Shown here: positions 47,865-57,484 of the stretch, piece after piece
Layout: each line of letters starts with the position of its first letter
Numbering within the stretch: the stretch's first letter is position 1
NCBI GenBank assembly: GCA_047946875.1
Contig: CP181398.1
Coordinates: forward strand, 335,154-399,153
Reading direction: 5' to 3'
From: Candidatus Kerfeldbacteria bacterium
Lineage (GTDB): Bacteria > Patescibacteriota > Patescibacteriia > UBA10025 > JAHIVO01
DNA: 64,000 nucleotides
Notes under the pieces: generated by a model
The model's database searches: none
Told to the model about the DNA's origin: nothing
What the model saw: only the letters and a program-made list of their open reading frames with translations
Position numbers and translations under genes: made by a program

Positions 47865-49670
47865 TTAATCTAGTTCTTGCCATGTACTTTCTAAAGTAGC
47901 CCAAACACCTCCTGGACCATTTGAAAAACTTGCATTAGCCAAGCCTTGCTCATATACAATATAGGCGTTTTGAGCAAGGCGGAGTTGATATCCAGTTGCT
48001 TCTTTTAGATTTGCGTTGTTAGCCATATATATCATTCCGTTAGCCGCATAAAATATAACGGCCTCTGTATTATTTGCAATAGTAATAGCAGGACTATTGG
48101 GATCAATAGAGGTATTGGTTGTTAGCATAAGGATAAAACTTTCATCATCACCAGATCCGGTGAATACTGAACCATTCTCTATATCCATTATACCATCATT
48201 TAGCATTACATCGCTAGAACCACCGTAACCAGGGTCAAGTGTTACAGTAGCCCCATTGGCTACTTTAATATCACCTGTTACATAAATTGTGCCGGTTATT
48301 GTTAAGGTTGATCCTCCAGCGACTGTTAAATCACCATCAATTTCTACTGGACCTAGTGATTCAGTTGCACTTGTAGTATAGTTGCCGGTTATTGTAGATC
48401 CGCTAGCTGCGTCATCTTTCCATTCATTTATTTGACCTACAGAAATAGGCATATTCTCAGGTGGTGGATCAGATTCTCCAGAATACGAGTTACGACCAAC
48501 TGTAGTGTTGGTTATATCTGTATTATAATATGCATCACATTCTACGTATGAATTTAATATAGAATGGGCGTGTGCGTCACCGTGGTGAGTTTCATAATGA
48601 GTATCATCACAAGTATGTGATTCATCACCTATAATAACACCATCAATTTTAGTATCAATGGAACCGCTACCCATCCATGTTTTAAATGCAAAATCACCAC
48701 CAGCATCACTCCATGTATCTGTTGACCAATCAGTATTGTATAGACCAACACCATTTCCATATCCGAAGTTAGCATTTTTCCCTATAGTATAATATTTGTT
48801 AGATTTAGGTGAGTCAATGTCTACTACAATCCAATATGTTGTACCTGAAGTTAATTGGGGATTGGTTGTAAATGATACATTTACCCATTCTAAGTTAGTG
48901 GTAACTTGACTGGCTTGTAAGGTGCCAGAAGCTATATATGTATCGGCCGGAACTCCGCCATTGTCATTTGTAATATATACAGCTTGATCTGTAGTATTTC
49001 CAAATTTTTTTATTTTTAAGCTTACATAATTTATTACCTCAGTTACACCAGGTTTAAAACTTTGGGCAATATCCATTACGTCTGAAGCTGCTCCGAATAT
49101 ATATTCTGAAGATACTTGGTCTTGTATCTGGTCGGGAACAATATTAGTACTCCCAGCGACATAAGCGTCTCCTGAAATTGTAGTGTTATTATCCCCATCA
49201 ATTGTTCCGTTAGAGTACACGTTACCATCTATATAACTATTTTCCTCCATTTTTAGCCCCCCTGGCCCTACCTGAACTCCGTAAAAAAATGACGCGTTAA
49301 TGTTGGTTGTTTGTTGACCAATTGTAACTTTTAATGTTTTCGATTGACCATTGATAGTTCCAATAGAATTTACAATATATCCACCACCAATGCTACTAAC
49401 CGTTGTGGAATATTGACCACCACCAAAATTTTCATTTTCTCCAGTATATGGATCAGCACATTCATCATCATTATTCAGACACCAGACAGCCTTTTCTATT
49501 CCTGCTTCAGCGATATTTCTTGCGATTTGTGTATTATAAATATGTTGGGTTGATATTCTAGATGAGAATATGTATGAGAACAATCCTACGCTTAATGCAA
49601 AAATAATCCCAAGAAATACTAAGACAGCAAATAAAGTTTGTCCATTTTCATTTTTTATAGAAATTTTCAT
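47865..49670 (-). CDS. Large PilX-like minor pilin / putative adhesin
   Basis: NENG|QTLFAVLV prepilin-like N-terminus, ARNIAEAGIEKA, IAQSFKP beta-sandwich insert, Gly/Thr-rich beta-helical C-terminus ending TWQE. Confidence 0.8.
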   Translation of the reverse strand: MKISIKNENGQTLFAVLVFLGIIFALSVGLFSYIFSSRISTQHIYNTQIARNIAEAGIEKAVWCLNNDDECADPYTGENENFGGGQYSTTVSSIGGGYIVNSIGTINGQSKTLKVTIGQQTTNINASFFYGVQVGPGGLKMEENSYIDGNVYSNGTIDGDNNTTISGDAYVAGSTNIVPDQIQDQVSSEYIFGAASDVMDIAQSFKPGVTEVINYVSLKIKKFGNTTDQAVYITNDNGGVPADTYIASGTLQASQVTTNLEWVNVSFTTNPQLTSGTTYWIVVDIDSPKSNKYYTIGKNANFGYGNGVGLYNTDWSTDTWSDAGGDFAFKTWMGSGSIDTKIDGVIIGDESHTCDDTHYETHHGDAHAHSILNSYVECDAYYNTDITNTTVGRNSYSGESDPPPENMPISVGQINEWKDDAASGSTITGNYTTSATESLGPVEIDGDLTVAGGSTLTITGTIYVTGDIKVANGATVTLDPGYGGSSDVMLNDGIMDIENGSVFTGSGDDESFILMLTTNTSIDPNSPAITIANNTEAVIFYAANGMIYMANNANLKEATGYQLRLAQNAYIVYEQGLANASFSNGPGGVWATLESTWQELD

Positions 49671-49673
49671 TGG

Positions 49674-50219
49674 CTAATTATTTCTTAAATTAGTTGTTGA
49701 TTGCATTATAATTTCTTGTTCTAGATTATTTGCTATTTTATTAGTAACAAGTACAGTTTCAATTTTGTCAATTGAGCTAAAGTTTGTATTATTATAATTA
49801 AATATTATTGTATCAATGAATTCACCTTCAAATTTTGTAGAACTAGTACGTTTACTATTAACGTCAGCTTCAAGATTAGATTTTAAAATTGTATTATCAA
49901 TTGGGTCTATATAGTAGACAATATAGTCATACGTATCAGCGAGTATATTGTTATCAGAGTCAATAGTGGCTAGAGATAAAATTAGTGTGTCATAGTCAGT
50001 TGTGTAATCTGTCCCATTTATGTTTTTTGTTTCTATTACTTCAATACCTTGTCTTATAGTAGTAGAAATTTTGTTCAATAGTATTGAAGAATTTATTGTC
50101 AGTTCATTGTAAGATATTTCAACAGTATAAATATTTTTATAAGTAATAAAAATTCCGGTAATACTTGCTAGTATTATGGTGAAGATAAATATTGATACTA
50201 GTACGTCTGCTAAAGTCAT
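49674..50219 (-). CDS. PilW-like minor pilin (no leader peptide)
   Basis: MTLADVLVSIFIFTIIL pilin-like helix, ISTTIRQG, C-terminal TNLRN; lies between the PilV- and PilX-like genes. Confidence 0.7.
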   Translation of the reverse strand: MTLADVLVSIFIFTIILASITGIFITYKNIYTVEISYNELTINSSILLNKISTTIRQGIEVIETKNINGTDYTTDYDTLILSLATIDSDNNILADTYDYIVYYIDPIDNTILKSNLEADVNSKRTSSTKFEGEFIDTIIFNYNNTNFSSIDKIETVLVTNKIANNLEQEIIMQSTTNLRNN

Positions 50220-51155
50220 TTATTGGTTTATAAGAGTTGATAATTCTACTGATTTTGATTGATTTTTTTCCATCCATTCGATTGTTGCGGTAACTTTTTT
50301 TAGTGTTTCAAATCCTGGTTGATCATCTTCAATAGTTAGATTAGTAGTACCGTTTGGAAGATCATTAATGCCAAAACGTTGCCAGGCAGTAGCTATTTCG
50401 CCCAATGTATCAGAATCAAAATTCCAGGTTTTAGTGGAAGTTGTGGTAATAGATACATTATCAAAATTTGCTAAAACCGAGTTTGTGCCAAGTAGTGCTA
50501 AGCGGCCTTTATTGAATTCATTGTCAGTATTGTTGATTTGTAATATATCGTTGATATACACATCGAAAGTATTCCCAGTCATAACGACTTTTAGTGTATA
50601 CCAGGTACTTTTTGAAAAAACTTTAACAGTCGAATCAATAGTGCTTTTTACACCGTCAACCGTTTTGGTCAGGTATATATTTCCAGAGTCTAAATAAATG
50701 CTATAGAAATTTTTAGCATCACTATATCTAGCTAGTAGGCCAGCTTCCCAATTTGATGGGGAAGAGTTATCGATATTTATTTTTATTTCAGCTGTAAAAT
50801 CGGTATATTCAAACCCAGGTATTGAGGCGATACTTATCTCTCCTGTGGGTGAGTTTAGAAAATAAGTTTTAGGAGAGCTTGGGGCGGAAGCATGGTTTTG
50901 TACTAACCAACTTCCTTGGTTATAGGCTACTCCGATAAAGTCAGTATCTATTTGGTTAGTTAGTTGGCTAAAGGGAAGTTGTCTAAGGATTTCAATTTCT
51001 TCTAGTACAAGATAGTAGGCAAGATTTTTGTGCTTTAGAAATTGACTAGTAGATATTATAGTATAGGTAACGCCAAATATAGTTACAAAAAAACCAACAA
51101 GAGAAATTGCTACGATTGATTCTATTATTGAAAAGCCTTGCTTATTATTTCGCAT
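50220..51155 (-). CDS. PilV-like minor pilin with inserted DUF1080/ConA-like beta-sandwich
   Basis: KQG|FSIIESIVAISL class III signal; DFTAEIKI..AGLLARY..NFY..WYTLKV..YIND..GRLAL..FDNVSI. Confidence 0.8.
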   Translation of the reverse strand: MRNNKQGFSIIESIVAISLVGFFVTIFGVTYTIISTSQFLKHKNLAYYLVLEEIEILRQLPFSQLTNQIDTDFIGVAYNQGSWLVQNHASAPSSPKTYFLNSPTGEISIASIPGFEYTDFTAEIKINIDNSSPSNWEAGLLARYSDAKNFYSIYLDSGNIYLTKTVDGVKSTIDSTVKVFSKSTWYTLKVVMTGNTFDVYINDILQINNTDNEFNKGRLALLGTNSVLANFDNVSITTTSTKTWNFDSDTLGEIATAWQRFGINDLPNGTTNLTIEDDQPGFETLKKVTATIEWMEKNQSKSVELSTLINQ

Positions 51156-51160
51156 AACTA

Positions 51161-52378
51161 TTAAATTGCTTCTGTTAAGCCATACATAGGTTGAAGAATC
51201 GATAGTGCTAGAAGGGCGACGACTCCACCAATTACTACCATTAGAATAGGTTCAATTATTGAAGATAGTCCATCCATTGTTTGATCTACGTCATCTTCAT
51301 AAAAATCAGCAATCTCGTCGGAGATATTATCTAGTGTTCCACTTTCTTCACCGATATTAATCATTTGAGTTACAATAGGGGAAAATAACTCTGGTTTTTC
51401 TTCAAGTGTTTTTGAAATACTAATACCCTTTTTTACTTTTTCAGATGCTTCAATCATACAATCTTTGTACATAACATTCCCTAATGTTTTTGAAATTATT
51501 TGTAACGTTTGAACAATTGGTATGTCTGTTTTTAATAGTGAGCTGAGCGTCCTGGTAAATCTTGCAATGTTAACTTTTTTAACAATACTACCAAATACAG
51601 GCATTTTAACTAACAGTTTATGTATGAAGTGTTTACCTTTGGGTGTTTTTTTAAATTTAAGAAATCCAAAAATGAATAAAGCAAATCCAATGGCTAAAAA
51701 TATTCCTTGGTTTGCTAAGATGTCACTTGCGGACATTAATATTTTAGTAGTTACAGGTAACTCTGTTCCAGATTCATCAAAAATAGCAGTAAGTTGAGGT
51801 ATGACCGTAATCATCATAATAATCCCAATTGAGACCATGGCTATGACAATAACAGCAGGATACATTAGGGCTGTCCTAACTTTTGCTACTAGCTTATGAT
51901 CTTTTTTCATTTGTTTCGTTAGGCTTATTAGTATTTCATCAAGTTTACCACTAATTTCACCGGCTGCAATCATATTCACAAATAGTTCAGAAAAAACTTT
52001 TGGATGTTTTTCTAATGCATTTGAAAATGAAATACCATTTTCTACATCATGTTGAATATTAACGATGACTTGTTTGAATTTTTTATTTGTTGTCTGTAAG
52101 GATAGTGTATTAAGAGCTTGTCCCAGAGAAAAACCAGTTTTTACCATGATAGATAAATTTTGAGTAAAAAAAATCTTCTCAACTATAGGTACGGAGGATA
52201 AATTGTTTAAGAATTTATTTATTCCACTCATGCCTTTATTATTTATCATTTTGGAAGAGGTGAGTATAAGGTTTTGACCTTTTAGATAGTCAGTCAAAGC
52301 TTTCTCATCTTTCATGTTGATGCGATCCTTTTTGAGTTTACCATCCTCAGATCTAGCTGTGTATATAAATTCGGGCAT
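51161..52378 (-). CDS. pilC: Type IV pilus platform protein PilC (GspF family)
   Basis: FTQNLSIMVKTG, MIAAGEISGKLD, ALMYP, FTRTLSSLL, IGEESGTLD, IEPI. Confidence 0.93.
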   Translation of the reverse strand: MPEFIYTARSEDGKLKKDRINMKDEKALTDYLKGQNLILTSSKMINNKGMSGINKFLNNLSSVPIVEKIFFTQNLSIMVKTGFSLGQALNTLSLQTTNKKFKQVIVNIQHDVENGISFSNALEKHPKVFSELFVNMIAAGEISGKLDEILISLTKQMKKDHKLVAKVRTALMYPAVIVIAMVSIGIIMMITVIPQLTAIFDESGTELPVTTKILMSASDILANQGIFLAIGFALFIFGFLKFKKTPKGKHFIHKLLVKMPVFGSIVKKVNIARFTRTLSSLLKTDIPIVQTLQIISKTLGNVMYKDCMIEASEKVKKGISISKTLEEKPELFSPIVTQMINIGEESGTLDNISDEIADFYEDDVDQTMDGLSSIIEPILMVVIGGVVALLALSILQPMYGLTEAI

Positions 52379-52401
52379 ATTATAGTTTAGTTTATATTAA
52401 T

Positions 52402-54144
52402 TTATTCTTGAGTTGCTCTTAATATTTCTTCAATAGAAGTTTGACCATTTTTAGCTTTAATGAAACCATCTTGGATCATTGAAAGCATTCCGTTTGCTTT
52501 TGCTTTTTCTTCTATTTTAATTAGAGATTCTTTATTAATGATCATTTCAGAAATTTCATCAGTTACTTCTAATACTTCAAAGATTCCAATACGTCCTTTG
52601 TAGCCAGTACTATTACATAATTTACAACCCTTACCTTTGTAAAAAAGTAATGATTCTATTGGTGTTTTGGAAGACATTATTATACCTTGATCTCCTAAAA
52701 CTTTAAATATTGAATCTAAATCAATTTTTTTATTTAATTCTTCAATTGCATTTTTAGTAAGAGTATAGCTGTGAACGCAATTTGAACAAATTTTTCTAAC
52801 TAATCTTTGAGCTATAACTACGTTTGTAGTTGAGGCAACTAAAAATGGAGGTATATCCATTTCTTGTAGTCTTGGTAAAGTAGTCACTGCATCATTTGTA
52901 TGTAAAGTCGATAACACTAAATGACCAGTCATGGCAGCGTGAACTGCAATTTCTGCTGTTTCTCCGTCTCTAATCTCACCAACCATAATTACGTCTGGAT
53001 CTTGACGAAGTAGGGAGCGTAGGCCACCAGCGAAAGTAAAGCCAATTTTTGGATTAACCTGACTTTGATTAACTCTGGGCATTCTATATTCTATTGGATC
53101 CTCTACAGTGGATATATTTACTTTAGGGTCATTAACCATATTCATTAAAGTATACAGTGTAGTCGTTTTACCACTACCAGTAGGGCCAGTAACTAAAATC
53201 ATTCCTTGAGGTTTACCTATGTTTTTATTAACAACTTCTAGAGCTTTTAATTGGAAACCAATTTGCTCTAAGGTTAGAATCTTAGCTGATTCATTTAGAA
53301 GTCTCATTACAATTTTCTCACCATCAAATACAGGTATAATTGATACACGAAAAGCAATTTTATATTCAGATGTACTTATTTTGAACCGTCCATCTTGTGG
53401 TAATCTATGTTCGTCAATTTTCAAATTTGATAAAATTTTTATCCTTGCATTTATGCCTGATTGTAATTTTTTTGGTAATCTCATGACATCACGTAGTATA
53501 CCGTCGATACGGTACCTAATAATTATATCTTTTTCTGTTGGTTCTATATGAATATCTGAAGCATCATCAAATATCGCATATTCTAATAACGAGTCTACGA
53601 TTCTTACTATTGGTAAATCTTGAGCAAGTTCTTCTAAGTTTTTTTTATCGTCGCCATGTTTTATTGCTGATGTGGCCGCTGTACCTTTGGTAATTTTTTT
53701 AAATTCTGACGATAGTCCTTTGTGGTATTGCGAAACAACCTCTTTTATACTTGAAGGGGCTGTAATATGAACAATAATTTTTAATCCAGTTTTTTTATTT
53801 AAAAAGTCAAAAATTTGTAAATTTTTTGGGTCAGTAGTAGCTATTTTTAGCTCAGTTTCTGTTTTTTCAAATGCTGCTATTTTATATGTTTGAAGAATTG
53901 TTTCTGGAATAATCATCAATACATCTTTTCTAATAGTCATTTTTCGTAGATCTATAAACGGGATTTTATAGAAATTTCCGATAGATTCATACAACAAAAC
54001 TTCAGAGACAAGATTCTTATCTACTAAATATTTTACAAAGTTTCCCTCCTCTTCTTTTGCTTTTTGCCAAGCTTTATCGAGCTGGTCTTTGGGAACTATG
54101 TCTGTTTTTTCTAAAATTTTTTTTACTTCCCGATTTGGAATCAT
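52402..54144 (-). CDS. pilB: Type IV pilus extension ATPase PilB (GspE family)
   Basis: ASDIHIEP, RLPQDGR, GPTGSGKTTTLY, EDPIEY, RQDPDVIMVGEIRD, TGHLVLSTLHTN, CSNC..CKLC. Confidence 0.94.
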   Translation of the reverse strand: MIPNREVKKILEKTDIVPKDQLDKAWQKAKEEEGNFVKYLVDKNLVSEVLLYESIGNFYKIPFIDLRKMTIRKDVLMIIPETILQTYKIAAFEKTETELKIATTDPKNLQIFDFLNKKTGLKIIVHITAPSSIKEVVSQYHKGLSSEFKKITKGTAATSAIKHGDDKKNLEELAQDLPIVRIVDSLLEYAIFDDASDIHIEPTEKDIIIRYRIDGILRDVMRLPKKLQSGINARIKILSNLKIDEHRLPQDGRFKISTSEYKIAFRVSIIPVFDGEKIVMRLLNESAKILTLEQIGFQLKALEVVNKNIGKPQGMILVTGPTGSGKTTTLYTLMNMVNDPKVNISTVEDPIEYRMPRVNQSQVNPKIGFTFAGGLRSLLRQDPDVIMVGEIRDGETAEIAVHAAMTGHLVLSTLHTNDAVTTLPRLQEMDIPPFLVASTTNVVIAQRLVRKICSNCVHSYTLTKNAIEELNKKIDLDSIFKVLGDQGIIMSSKTPIESLLFYKGKGCKLCNSTGYKGRIGIFEVLEVTDEISEMIINKESLIKIEEKAKANGMLSMIQDGFIKAKNGQTSIEEILRATQE

Positions 54145-54186
54145 AAAACTAAAATAATATTAAATTTTATGGACTATAATTCATAT

Positions 54187-54215
54187 ATTATATCATAATT
54201 ATACAAAATAGTCAA
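54187..54215 (-). promoter_or_regulatory. Near-consensus promoter for the pil operon
   Basis: TTGACT(54215-54210)-17 bp-TATAAT(54192-54187) with TG extension. Confidence 0.75.
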
Positions 54216-54226
54216 AGTAAATGTTA

Positions 54227-56032
54227 TTATTCTTTAATTCTAAAATCGTATATAAATATTGAATATCCAATTTTAGTGTCTGGAGTATATTCTTCTAACC
54301 ATTTATATATTTTATCGCTAGAAAATAAACTTGTGGCGCTAATTGCTACAACGCAATTAAGATCTTCTGTAGTTGTAAAATTTGAATTATCTGGGATATA
54401 TCTAAAATCGATTCCGTAGTAATCAAGTTCAGCTTGACCAAAGTAGCTCATACAAATGTGATTAATATTGTTTGAATCCATATACTTTTTTAATTTTTTT
54501 ATATCCTGACCCCAGTCAATATTTGAATCAACTAAATATTTTGTCCCATTGTTTGGTCCTCCTGAAATTTCATTAAAATAAGCAAGATAGTTTGGATAAA
54601 TCATTATCGAACTAATTAAGTAATATATTATAATTAAAGAAAATAGAATATTAAATATTTTTTGTTTTTTAATATTTTGAAATCTCAATTTAGCAAAATA
54701 ACCGATGCCAACAAAAATAAATGGATAAATTAGTAATATATGTCTCAATCCGAGGTTAATGTGACTTGTTAAACTAAATACAAAATGTATAAGTGGAGGG
54801 ACGACTAGAAAATAATATGCCAGCGGAATGTTTTTTATTTTATCAATATATAGATTTTTGTTATTAACACTATTTTTTTTGAAGAACCAATAAATAACAC
54901 TAACAACTAGAGTAAGTGATAAGAGGAGTGTAGAAAGGGGGGTTTTAACTAAAAATGCGATTATAAAGTAGTACCACCAACCCATATTACTATGTTCACC
55001 TAAAAGATAGGACATGTGCCCATAATAATTATGTATGAATAGTTTTATAAAACCATTGAAGTATGAAAATATTGGCCATGGTGCTTTTTCAGCAAAATTT
55101 AAAATATTTTGTCCGGATTTCGTATTTGTATCGGTGATTGAAATTATTTTTTGTGTTAAACCATCTTCTTGTTCTATCTGATTAGTATTTAGTATTTCTT
55201 CCTGTGTTTTATATAATTCTTTAACATTAATATCATCGATTGGGTTTTTTACTTCGAAACCATAAACACAGAATAAAGTTAAGAAAGTGCTAATAATTAC
55301 AATAATGATCTTAGTAAATAATCTTGATGTAACTTTTTTATAAAAATCTGTATTATTTTTTGAAAGTATGTATATTAACAAAAGGATAACTAATATTGGA
55401 ATTAAGATTACTGCAGAGAATTTTGAGGCTTGTGCAAGTCCAAATATTAAACAAAAATATATAAAGTATTTAATTTTTGCTGACTTGAGATATTTGTAAA
55501 AATAATATATTGTTATAAAGAAGAAGAGAGCTAAAGCAATATCTGTAGTAACATAACGACTATGAGCAATGATATTTGGAGAAAATGTATAAAATAGAAG
55601 AGATATTAAACCAGCTTTCAATCCAAACAGTTCTTTTGACCATCTGAATATAAAAAAACCAAGCAGAATACTTAAGATCATAGTTGGTATCCTTCCAAGA
55701 AAGAATATTGTATCTGCTTGAATATTATTGTTATATATCAAATCTTTGGCAAATTGCCATTGGTTGTATTCAGACCAAGCAGGTTTATCAAATGGTTGGT
55801 CTAGTTTGTGACTAATAAATAAAAGCGGTAGAGCTGATAATTCTTTGGCAAAAGGTGGGTGCTCCGTATTCATTCGGAAGTCATTTTTTACCAAATAACT
55901 ATAACCTGCTGATAAATGAACTCCTTCATCTATTGTTTGTGATTCTTGAAGGGCAGTGGTGATTTCTACTACTAACATAATTATTAGTAGTAGAGCGACT
56001 ATATATTTATAATATTTTTCAACCAGTTTCAT
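54227..56032 (-). CDS. GT-C (GT39/PMT-like) membrane glycosyltransferase
   Basis: QTIDEGVHLSAG, EHPPFAK, FSPNIIAHS..TTD, NLGLRHIL, YLAYFNE..DSNIDWGQD. Confidence 0.87.
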   Translation of the reverse strand: MKLVEKYYKYIVALLLIIMLVVEITTALQESQTIDEGVHLSAGYSYLVKNDFRMNTEHPPFAKELSALPLLFISHKLDQPFDKPAWSEYNQWQFAKDLIYNNNIQADTIFFLGRIPTMILSILLGFFIFRWSKELFGLKAGLISLLFYTFSPNIIAHSRYVTTDIALALFFFITIYYFYKYLKSAKIKYFIYFCLIFGLAQASKFSAVILIPILVILLLIYILSKNNTDFYKKVTSRLFTKIIIVIISTFLTLFCVYGFEVKNPIDDINVKELYKTQEEILNTNQIEQEDGLTQKIISITDTNTKSGQNILNFAEKAPWPIFSYFNGFIKLFIHNYYGHMSYLLGEHSNMGWWYYFIIAFLVKTPLSTLLLSLTLVVSVIYWFFKKNSVNNKNLYIDKIKNIPLAYYFLVVPPLIHFVFSLTSHINLGLRHILLIYPFIFVGIGYFAKLRFQNIKKQKIFNILFSLIIIYYLISSIMIYPNYLAYFNEISGGPNNGTKYLVDSNIDWGQDIKKLKKYMDSNNINHICMSYFGQAELDYYGIDFRYIPDNSNFTTTEDLNCVVAISATSLFSSDKIYKWLEEYTPDTKIGYSIFIYDFRIKE

Positions 56033-56413
56033 ATGAATATTTTTAACAAGATTTTGACACTATTCAAGAGAAAGGAGAGATTTTTTCGAAATAAATTATT
56101 GATTAACATTTTTTTAATTGGATTTTTAGTTAATTTGTCTACTTGGGTATTTCTATTTATTACATTTAAACCGCAGACTGATCCAATATTTTTACATTAT
56201 AACATTTACTTTGGTGTTGATCTAATTGGTCAATGGTATCATATATTTATATATTTACCAGCGATTGGTTTTTGCATATATTTAGTTAATTTATTAATAT
56301 CGTATATACTATATAGTAGAGAAAGAATATTAAGTTATTCAATTGGCGGTCTAAATATATTTATTCAATTAGTAATTTTTGTGTCTAGCTATTTGATAGC
56401 TAGGCAAAATTAA
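56033..56413 (+). CDS. Conserved 3-TM membrane protein upstream of mraY
   Basis: IFLHYNIYFGVDLIGQW motif, 3 TM segments, 7 bp before mraY. Confidence 0.75.
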   Translation: MNIFNKILTLFKRKERFFRNKLLINIFLIGFLVNLSTWVFLFITFKPQTDPIFLHYNIYFGVDLIGQWYHIFIYLPAIGFCIYLVNLLISYILYSRERILSYSIGGLNIFIQLVIFVSSYLIARQN

Positions 56414-56420
56414 AAAGATT

Positions 56421-57473
56421 ATGGGATTAATAGAAGATTTTGACATTATTAAAATATTTTTGTTAACTACGGTAGCTTTTATTGTGGCAATTTCTTGGAC
56501 ACCATTACTAACACATTATTTATATAAATATAAATTTGGTAAGACTATCCGACCAGAAGATGAAACTCCTATTTTCTCAAAGATGCATCAAAAAAAATCT
56601 GGCACACCTACAATGGGTGGTATTTTGATTTGGCTAACTACTTTATTTATTATATTATTATTTTTTGTGTTAGGGGAACTAGTGAATATAGAATTTATTA
56701 AGAAACTTAATTTTTTAAGTAGACCAGAAACATTACTTCCTTTAGGAGCTTTGATAGCTTCTGCGTTAGTTGGATTGGTTGATGATCTATTTAATGTGAA
56801 AGGAGTTGGTGCTAAAGGGGGCGGTCTTAAGATAAGATATAAGTTAATCATTTATGCACTAATAGCTATAGTAGGTTCACTTTGGTTTTATTTTAAACTT
56901 GATTGGACTACCTTGCATTTACCATTTATTGGAGATTTTGATATTGGTATTTGGTATATACCTTTCTTTATACTGGTAATTGTAGCTACAGCATTTTCTG
57001 TCAATGAAAGTGATGGGCTTGATGGGTTGGCGGGAGGAATATTATTAGCAGCTTTTGGAGCATTTGGTGCTATAGCTTTTGCTCAAGGTAAGATCGAATT
57101 GGCTACATTGTGTGGAGTTATTATAGGAGCGTTATTAGCATTTCTTTGGTTTAATATTAATCCAGCAAGATTTTTCATGGGAGATACTGGATCTATGTCT
57201 TTAGGGGTTACTTTAGGGATAGTAGCTATGTTAACTAATTCTGCATTATTGTTACCAATTATTGGGGTGTTGTTAGTTTTGGAATCAGTTTCAGTAATAA
57301 TCCAAGTTACTTCTAAAAAAATATTTAAAAGAAAAGTGTTCTTGTCTGCGCCGATACACCATCATTTAGAAGCCAAGGGATGGTCAGAACCAAAAATCGT
57401 TATGCGTTTTTGGATTATTTCCGGAGTAGCTGCGGTGGTAGGTGTAATAATGTATTTGGTTGATAAATCTTAA
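56421..57473 (+). CDS. mraY: Phospho-N-acetylmuramoyl-pentapeptide transferase
   Basis: KKSGTPTMGG, GLVDD, VNESDGLDGL, NINPARFFMGDTGS, APIHHHLE. Confidence 0.96.
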   Translation: MGLIEDFDIIKIFLLTTVAFIVAISWTPLLTHYLYKYKFGKTIRPEDETPIFSKMHQKKSGTPTMGGILIWLTTLFIILLFFVLGELVNIEFIKKLNFLSRPETLLPLGALIASALVGLVDDLFNVKGVGAKGGGLKIRYKLIIYALIAIVGSLWFYFKLDWTTLHLPFIGDFDIGIWYIPFFILVIVATAFSVNESDGLDGLAGGILLAAFGAFGAIAFAQGKIELATLCGVIIGALLAFLWFNINPARFFMGDTGSMSLGVTLGIVAMLTNSALLLPIIGVLLVLESVSVIIQVTSKKIFKRKVFLSAPIHHHLEAKGWSEPKIVMRFWIISGVAAVVGVIMYLVDKS

Positions 57474-57484
57474 GATGTTAATTA

